From the NCBI GenBank assembly GCA_951406725.2, contig OX597824.1, positions 50,282,001 to 50,346,000 on the forward strand: DNA of 64,000 nt, given 5' to 3'. Positions within the stretch are counted from its first letter, which is position 1; the number at the start of each line of letters is the position of its first letter. Below are positions 56,221-64,000 of the stretch, in pieces. The position numbers and the translations under genes are program-made. The DNA is from Octopus vulgaris (Eukaryota). The notes beneath the pieces are model-generated. The model saw only the letters and a list, made by a program, of their open reading frames with translations, did not search any database and was not told the origin of the DNA.

Positions 56221-56565
56221 GGGGCCCCGACCTAGAGCTGGCGCATTCCTAAGGGAAGTGTAAGCCAGGTCTGGGAGGAGGGGCTTTGTGTATTGTATTT
56301 ATATATGTAATTATTGAACTATGTTGTTATTAGTAATGGACTGCTAAGTCCAAAAATTGAAAAAATTGTAAGAGGTTTAATACCTTGTTTTGTGTTTGTT
56401 TTTAAAAGAACAATGTTTTAGAGAAGCAGAAGTCGGCGGGCGCTTTTTGTCTTCTCCCATCCCCATCATCTTTCTTTCATTATCATTCACTTCATTAATG
56501 TCCTCGTCCAGCCCGCAAAGCTAACTTACTCTATGTACTGCCTTTATGGCAAATGTTATGAAATA

Positions 56566-56905
56566 AAGTAGCTTGCTTACCAACCACATGGTTTCGGGTT
56601 GAGTCCCGCTGCGTGGCACCTTGGGCAAGTGTCTTCTACTCTAGCCTCGGGTTGACCAAAGCCTTGTGAGTAGATTTGGTAGACGGAAACTGAAAGAAGC
56701 CCGTCGTATATACGTATATGTATATATACGTGTTTGTGTGTCGATTGACAACCGATGCTGGTGTGTTTACGTCTCCGTAGCTTAGCGGTTCGGCAAAAGA
56801 CACCGATAGAATAAGTACGAGGCTTACAAAGAATAAGTCCTGGGGTCGATTTGTTCGACGAAAAGCTGTGCTCCAGCACAACCGCAGTCAAATGATTGAA
56901 ACAAG
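56566..56905 (+). mobile_element. SINE family A 3' part (begins with the right TSD)
   Basis: CAACCACATGGTTTCGGGTTGAGTCCC...GTGCTCCAGCAC..GCAGTCAAATGATTGAAAC. Confidence 0.9.
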
Positions 56906-56944
56906 GAAGGAGTATATATGTATATATATATATATATATATATT

Positions 56945-57149
56945 ACAGCTCTATATTTAAGAGATAAGGAATTATTTTCATTATATACATTATTTATATT
57001 TTACGGGATATTTCTCCTTATCTTGTTTTTTGTTAACGCAACGTTGCCGCTGATACATCCTCCAGCCTTATCAGGTGTCTCGGGGAAATTTCGAACCTGG
57101 GTTCTCATTCCTAGAGTATTTTTCGATGTCATTATTGTTGTTGCTGTTG

Positions 57150-57216
<67 letters not shown>

Positions 57217-57333
57217 CATTATTATTATTATTATCATCATCATTATTATTATTATTATTCAGGTCATTGCCAAGAATCGAACTGGGAATCTTGAGATTAC
57301 TACCCCGCGCTCTTAACCACTACGCCATATGCC
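56945..57333 (-). mobile_element. tRNA-headed SINE-like element with internal (TAA)n and a hammerhead remnant
   Basis: Head GGCATATGGCGTAGTGGTTAAGAGCG...AGTTCGATTC. At 57035-57078 the minus strand reads acac CTGATAA ggctg..cagcg GCAAC GTT gcgt. Confidence 0.65.
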
Positions 57334-57339
57334 ATTGGG

Positions 57340-58131
57340 CATCACACCGTTTGGTCCAAAAATCTGAGGCCATTACCTTCCTTGCAGATGAAATGGCCTA
57401 AGCCTTTTTTCGGAGTAGATGAGGAGGAATGTTTTCAGTGTATGATTTGTGTCTTTGTCTCACGCTCAAAGTGACGAAACCAACACTCATCCTGGGGTAG
57501 GAACCGTTTAAGGAAACCAGCTGGACCAGCCTGAAACAATGTCAGATTTTCCTGTGATGTGATAAGCCAGGTGCGCTTTTGATCAGGTGACTGACCCCGA
57601 GTAGAAACCTTCAACATATCAAGTTCATTGTGCATAATATTCTCAACTCTCTCACAGAATATGTTAATAATATTGGTTATTTGATTTGTAGTCAATCACC
57701 TGTCATCCATCACCATGTGGTGAACACGATCAATGTTTTCCTCGGCGGTGGAAGCTGCAGGACGTCCAGACCTTGAGTCTTCTTGAAGACTCTTCATTCC
57801 CCTTCCAAATTCAGTCACCCTCTTTTGTAGCTCTTGATTAAGTTGGAGCGTCATCCCTCAATGTAGATACCATGTCAGCACGAATGACCTCGGAGGTTAA
57901 ACTATTGTTATATAGGTACTTGATAACACCACGATGCCAATTTTTGTCCATTTTCTAGAGAAGTCGCTAATAGTGACTTTTGAAGTCTTCTTTGATTAGC
58001 GTAACGTCAGTTTACCTAAAAAGAAACAATACAGTTATTAATTAGATGTGTTGAAATTAATGCATGCAAGATTTCACAGCTCTAACATCACTCCTTCATA
58101 GTCAGCCTATGAACTTTTCAGCCTACCCTCG
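57340..58131 (-). mobile_element. Mariner-family DNA transposon, 5' portion, degraded
   Basis: TIR-like CGAGGGTAGGCTGAAAAGTTCATAGG at 58131; encodes RSGRP, IMHNELDMLKVS and RFLPQDECWFRHFERETK (first D motif). Confidence 0.8.
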
Positions 58132-58145
58132 CATTCTTAAGCGAA

Positions 58146-58184
<39 letters not shown>

Positions 58185-58188
58185 TAAT

Positions 58189-58227
<39 letters not shown>

Positions 58228-58274
58228 AATAATAATAATAATAAAAAAAAAATAATAATAATAACAACAACAAC

Positions 58275-58354
<80 letters not shown>

Positions 58355-58367
58355 CAACAACCACAAC

Positions 58368-58419
<52 letters not shown>

Positions 58420-58423
58420 TAAA

Positions 58424-58457
<34 letters not shown>

Positions 58458-58475
58458 AATAAAAATAAAAAATAA

Positions 58476-58527
<52 letters not shown>

Positions 58528-59439
58528 TATGTGAATACGCGTTTGTGCATGCATAATTGTTTGTGTATGTATGTATATATATGTGAATGTATGTGTATGT
58601 ATATATGTATGTGCGTATATGTAGATATAATGAAATGTCTCAGTGCCGCTATCACTGCAATTGAGTATCACAATAATAACATCAAGCGGAACAGTCTTCG
58701 AAGCCTACTAAATTTCAGTGCAATTACTAACCACCTACATCATTCATCATTATCATTAACTTTGTTTGTACCGATTCTGTAGCTAGTGGCTACATTATAG
58801 TGGCGCTATTTGGCTACAGCCATGCCAGACAGAAAGCTATGTACACTGACGTTTCATTTTTAAGAATTTCGTTCGTAGAAATGGTATGTATGCGTTGTGT
58901 TTCCGTATTTTACTTCTGTGTGTTCTATTTAATTGTTGTGTTGCATTAGTATTAAGCGCTATCGACCGAAGATACCTGGTGCTTCTTTTACTATTGTTTC
59001 TTGCTGTCTGTCTTACGCTTTTCTTCTAACTCACTCTCCGCTTTGTTTATTTTAAGTGGTTTATAGTAATTTCACAATAACATTCGTTATTCATTGTCTT
59101 TTATTTTTAATTGTTTTCTTGCTGTTGTTTTCTCTGCCGTTGCTACTGCCGCTGTTATTATAGTCGATTGTTGATGTAAACAGTTTTTCATGAAATAATG
59201 TCCTCTAAAATATAGCATGACGGATTTCAGGAACTGCAGTGAAGATTATTGGTTTGATACAATTTGGTATAAAATGTTTGTATAGCTTGAGGGAATGTAT
59301 TTTATTCTTTTACTATTATAGTGCAGCGTCATGTAGTATATTGTACCGGATTTGTTCGATTAAAACCCATCAAATCGGTGCTCCAGCTTGGCTGAAGTCT
59401 TATGATTGAGACAGGTAAGAGAGAATATATATATTCTTA

Positions 59440-59836
59440 TTCTTTTATTCTTTTACTTCAGTCATTTCACTGCGGCCATACTGGAGCACCGCCTTTTAGT
59501 TAAGCAAATCGACCCCAGGACTTATTCATTGTAAGCCTAGTACTTATTCTATAAGTCTATTTTGCCGAACTGCTATGTTACGGAGAGGTAAACACACCGA
59601 AATCGGTTGTCAAGCGATGTCGAGGAGACAAACACAGACACACAATCACACTCACACACATACATATAAACATATATATATACGACGTGTTCTTTCAGTT
59701 TCCGTCCAGCAAATTTACTCACAAGGCTTTGGTCGGCCCGAGGCTATAGTAGAAGACACGTGCCCAAGATGTCACACAGTGGGACTGAACCCGGAACCAT
59801 GTGGTTGGTAAGCAAGCTAATTATCACACAGCCACT

Positions 59837-59840
<4 letters not shown>
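59440..59840 (-). mobile_element. SINE family A, full-length and uninterrupted (empty-site control)
   Basis: GGAGTGGCTGTGTGATAATTAGCTTGCTTACCAACCACATGG...GGCGGTGCTCCAGTATGGCCGCAG...(GAATAAAA) tail. Confidence 0.9.
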
Positions 59841-59930
<90 letters not shown>

Positions 59931-60249
59931 GTGTGTGTGTGTGTGTGTGTGTATGCATGTATGTATGCATGTATGCATGTGTATGTGTGTATATGCATTT
60001 TTTATTTGTTTTTATTTTTTATTTGTTTCAGTTATTAGGTAGCAGCCATGCTGGGGCACCACCTTCAAAAGTTTTATCGAACAATTCGATCCCGGTATTT
60101 ATTCTAAGACTATCTAATTACACGATATTATTTATCGCTTTATCTACTTCGAGTTGCACTGTTAAAAGTGAATTATATTTATATATATGTTTGTATATTT
60201 ATTTATCTATATGTGTGTGTATACATACATATATATATATATATGTATG

Positions 60250-60280
<31 letters not shown>

Positions 60281-60352
60281 ATATTCTTTCATTCGTTTCA
60301 GTCATTTGAACGTAGCCATATATATATGTATGTATATATGTATGCATTTATG

Positions 60353-60406
<54 letters not shown>

Positions 60407-60554
60407 ATATGTATGTATGTACGTATGTATATACATATACACATACATACATATATCAAAATGATAAAAAACTGAGAGTTAGTAATATATGGCATCAAAT
60501 CATTTATAAAGATGTTACATAAACACAAATATAATTAAAAATAAAGATGACTCT

Positions 60555-61000
60555 ACTGTCGACGTTTAACCGGGTGTTTGACTTTTAGACTGACTGACTT
60601 TTAGGCTCACAATTTGGTGTTTAGGTTGGCATTGGCACCTTTATTCCTTCGACGCTTTACAGACTGTTGCCGTTTGCATTAACTGGCGTGTAGTTTACCG
60701 TGTGGCGTTTAGCGTGACATGAGTTTCACTGTTGTTGCTTGACTGTCTGCTGGCGTTTAGATTGTCCGACGTTTGTCATTGGCGTCTACATTACGATACC
60801 ATACAAATTGCCGTTTATGTAAGGTTGACAGCTGTTTAAAGTAATTCAGCTAATTAAGTTTCATGGATACCATATATAATGGACATTATTTTTATGCTAA
60901 TATTGATGTTGATATTAATTATTACCATTCAAAATGGCGTCTATACTGCGTTCATATGTCATTCGTATTGCGTTCACAGTGCCGTTAACTGTAACGTTGA
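60555..61000. repeat. Ancient degenerate short-period repeat (TGGCGTTTA-like motif)
   Basis: GCGTTTA/ACGTTTA/GCCGTTT recur at irregular spacing of roughly 15-35 nt. Confidence 0.45.
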
Positions 61001-61635
61001 AATATATCTTGTTCTTGACGAATGAGCTACAAATATTTAAATGTTTAGATGAAAGTTAATAATTTGGTGGATGATGATGCTTAGATATTAAGCTGACGCT
61101 GAGGTATAAGCTATTTTGGTATTTCAATTGGCGTTTAGGTTGTTTAAGTTTAAGGTCAATATAAATGTTTATGGGGCTAAGTGACATTTAAGGCCTGCAG
61201 CAAGAAATAGGTTGTCATTAAGGCTAATGTGTCGACGGCAACGTCCTTGCAGAAGTTGGGGAGTAGATAGAGGAAGAAGAAAACGAGAGCAAATAAAGAA
61301 TTAGGAATAAAGCAAGGAGAAAAAGATGAATTAAAACGATCGAGGGTTGAGGAGATAACTAAAAGGATGTTCAAGAAGAAGCAAAAAAAAAGAAGGAAGC
61401 TGGAGTTGAAGAAGACAAACAAGGATGAGTAGGAGGAGGTCGAAGAGGAGGAGCAGGAGAGTGAAGAAAATGAGGAAGAAAGGAATGAGAAATAAGAATG
61501 GGAAAGAAGAGGAACGAGGAAGGAGAACGAAGAAATGAGAACAAGGGAAAAGAATGAAGGAAAATGTGGAAGAAGAAGAAGAAGAAGAAGAAGAAGAAGA
61601 AGAAGAAGAAGAAGAAGAAGAAGAAGAAGAAGAAG

Positions 61636-61667
<32 letters not shown>

Positions 61668-62223
61668 GAATGAAGAAGAACAAGGAGGAGAACGAGGAAT
61701 GAAAAAATAGCGACAGCCACAAGACAGCCCAGAGAACAGCTTCAACTTCACCAACTTTAATAATGACGATGTGAACGATAATGACGGTGACGACGACGAC
61801 AACGACGATGATGATGAAGACGACGGCAATGACGACGACGATGAAACGGCTGTCATTGTGTTGGCTTTCGCCTGCTGTCTAACAATTTGAATAGCGCAGC
61901 ATTTTTCAATGGCTTCCTTCTATTGAAGACGTTAGCGATTGGTCGTCAGTGACAGACTAGATCGCCTCAATGTAAAATGGCAGCGAACTGCGAAAAGTGT
62001 ATTTCTCGGAGAATGGTTGTCATTGTTAATAGTGTTTGATGCGTGTGAGTGTGTGGTGTGTGCGCGTGGTGTGTATGTGTATGTGTGTGTGTACGTGTGC
62101 ACGTGATTATTTGTGTGTATTTATACGTTATGTATGTATGTATGTATATATATATATATAAATATACACATACATAGTATATATGCCTGTATGTGCATAT
62201 ATATTTAGATGCATGTATGTATG

Positions 62224-62316
<93 letters not shown>

Positions 62317-62356
62317 GCACACATATATATATATGCTTACGCATGTGTGCTTCTGC

Positions 62357-62428
<72 letters not shown>

Positions 62429-62860
62429 TGTGTGTGTGTGTGTGTGTGTGTACGAGTGAAAGTTGTGTTGCATATGCTAGAGTTGGTGTCTACGCCGTGT
62501 TTATATGAAGCGTTTTAAGGTGTGCAGTGTAGTATGTATTCTAAGATATGATGGAGTATGGCATGTTTTTCATGGTGTAGTATGTTTAATGTGTGTACTG
62601 TGATGTAGCTTTAATGCGTCATGCGATGAATAAGGTATAATGCTGGCGGTGGTCGTCATGGTGGTGGTGGTGGGAGTGGTGGTGGAGGTGGTGGTAGGGT
62701 ATGCCTTGTGTGCAATTTTACATGTTATATGGCGTATTTAGAGAATTTGGTCTGGAGATGTGATTTCCTAAAGACTTTTTGTAGTTGTACGTGGCCTTTA
62801 GAGCTGTTCTGTGTGACTATGTCATCGTTCGTTTTATGTGATAGGCCATGAACGTGTGCG

Positions 62861-62927
<67 letters not shown>

Positions 62928-63087
62928 TGGGTCTTAGAGCATTGGTGGTAGTAACATGATGTCGGGTTTGTGCGTCGTGTAATCAATGTAGTGTGCTGTA
63001 CATGTCTATGTGTGCGTGTGTGTATGTATCTGGATATGTGGTGATCAAATGTGGTGATGTATGTTGTGATGTGCTTGTAAGTTGTAC

Positions 63088-63137
<50 letters not shown>

Positions 63138-63644
63138 AATATACCAGTGTGTGTGTTGTATTTATGTCCATCTGTGTGTGCTTGCGTGAGTGTGTGTGTG
63201 CATATGTGTATGCCTGTGTATGTGTGTGCATGTGTGCTTCTGAGTTTCTCTATTTGTGCGTTTGTACGAGGATTACAGTTAAACTGCCTGTTGCACATTT
63301 CGGATAAAGTAATGAATGCGAAGAAGTGAGATTATTTGTGGAGAAGGAAGGCGCGAAAGAGAGAACAGGGACAGAGTGGCAAAGCGGATGGAAGGAACTG
63401 AGTTAAAAAGGGGACGAAGGGTTTGGGAATAAGTGCGTGCGCGCGCATGTTTTTTCTGTGAGGAGATTATTGAAAGAGTCTGAAAAATAACGAAAGCTTA
63501 TCTGTGTAGAATGCGTCTTTACGCGAGAAATAAACGGGAAAATGAAGCAAAAGTCATGAAATTAGAGACATGCACATATAGAGATATGTGCAGGTAGGCA
63601 TAGTTGTGTGCATATGTATAATATATATATACACACACACATAC

Positions 63645-63675
<31 letters not shown>

Positions 63676-64000
63676 CATACATACATACATACGTACATAC
63701 AGACAGACAAACAGACAGACATACAGACACACACATATACATATAATATATATATAAACACATACGCTGTATATATATTCAGACATACGCATTTACGTAT
63801 GTAAATGTTTGTGTGCGTGTGTATACAGCGACAGAGAGAAAGAGCGAGAGAGGGAACAAATGTAGAGAGGAAATAGAGAGACGGTCGTAAAGGAAGAGAA
63901 AGGGGAGTCAGAAGCAAACTATTCGAGAAAAAAATGAAACTATTCGAGACGAATGAAGGAATGCGTACAAATGTGAAAGAGAAAGAAATAATAATTCGTG

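Larger units (their letters stand above)
54325..56565 (+). mobile_element. Apparently full-length ORF1-only non-LTR retroelement (copy 2) inserted in a SINE with a 15-bp TSD
   Basis: AAGTAGCTTGCTTAC at 54310-54324 and 56566-56580. Comprises a 618-nt 5' UTR, a gag-like ORF and a ~345-nt 3' UTR ending AATAAA. No RT or endonuclease sequence, and no LTR or TIR. Confidence 0.9.

Noticed and set aside
54325-56565. LTR retrotransposon/retroviral gag, or a processed host pseudogene
   Set aside because: No LTRs or PBS and the TSD is 15 bp. A second diverged copy at the same target argues against a random retrocopy.
61180-61860. Acidic or Ser-rich protein exon
   Set aside because: Composed of GAA/GAC/GAT/CAA triplet repeats with no recognisable domain or supported splice structure.

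Overview
This is eukaryotic, repeat-dense, non-genic DNA (intergenic or deep intronic). The tRNA-derived SINE families, the extreme (AT)n/(CA)n/(TATC)n/(AAT)n load and the Penelope/RTE/R4/CR1-type relics point to a cephalopod, most likely Octopus (inference). No host protein-coding exon could be supported, and almost all track ORFs are microsatellite artefacts. The main find is a 2.24-kb retroelement (54325-56565) encoding only a gag/ORF1-like CCHC zinc-knuckle protein, with no RT or endonuclease. It sits inside the tRNA-like head of a SINE with a perfect 15-bp target-site duplication. A clearly diverged second member (1-1338) ends at the same SINE site, which suggests a non-autonomous, SINE-targeting, HAL1/HeT-A-like family probably mobilised by a Tx1/L1-type partner. 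Two older relics of the same ORF1 family are also present. A second theme is Penelope-type hammerhead ribozymes: a head-to-head hammerhead palindrome, repeated CCGANGA core variants, and a tRNA-headed SINE-like element carrying a hammerhead. All alignments and folds were done by eye, so coordinates of degenerate elements are approximate.
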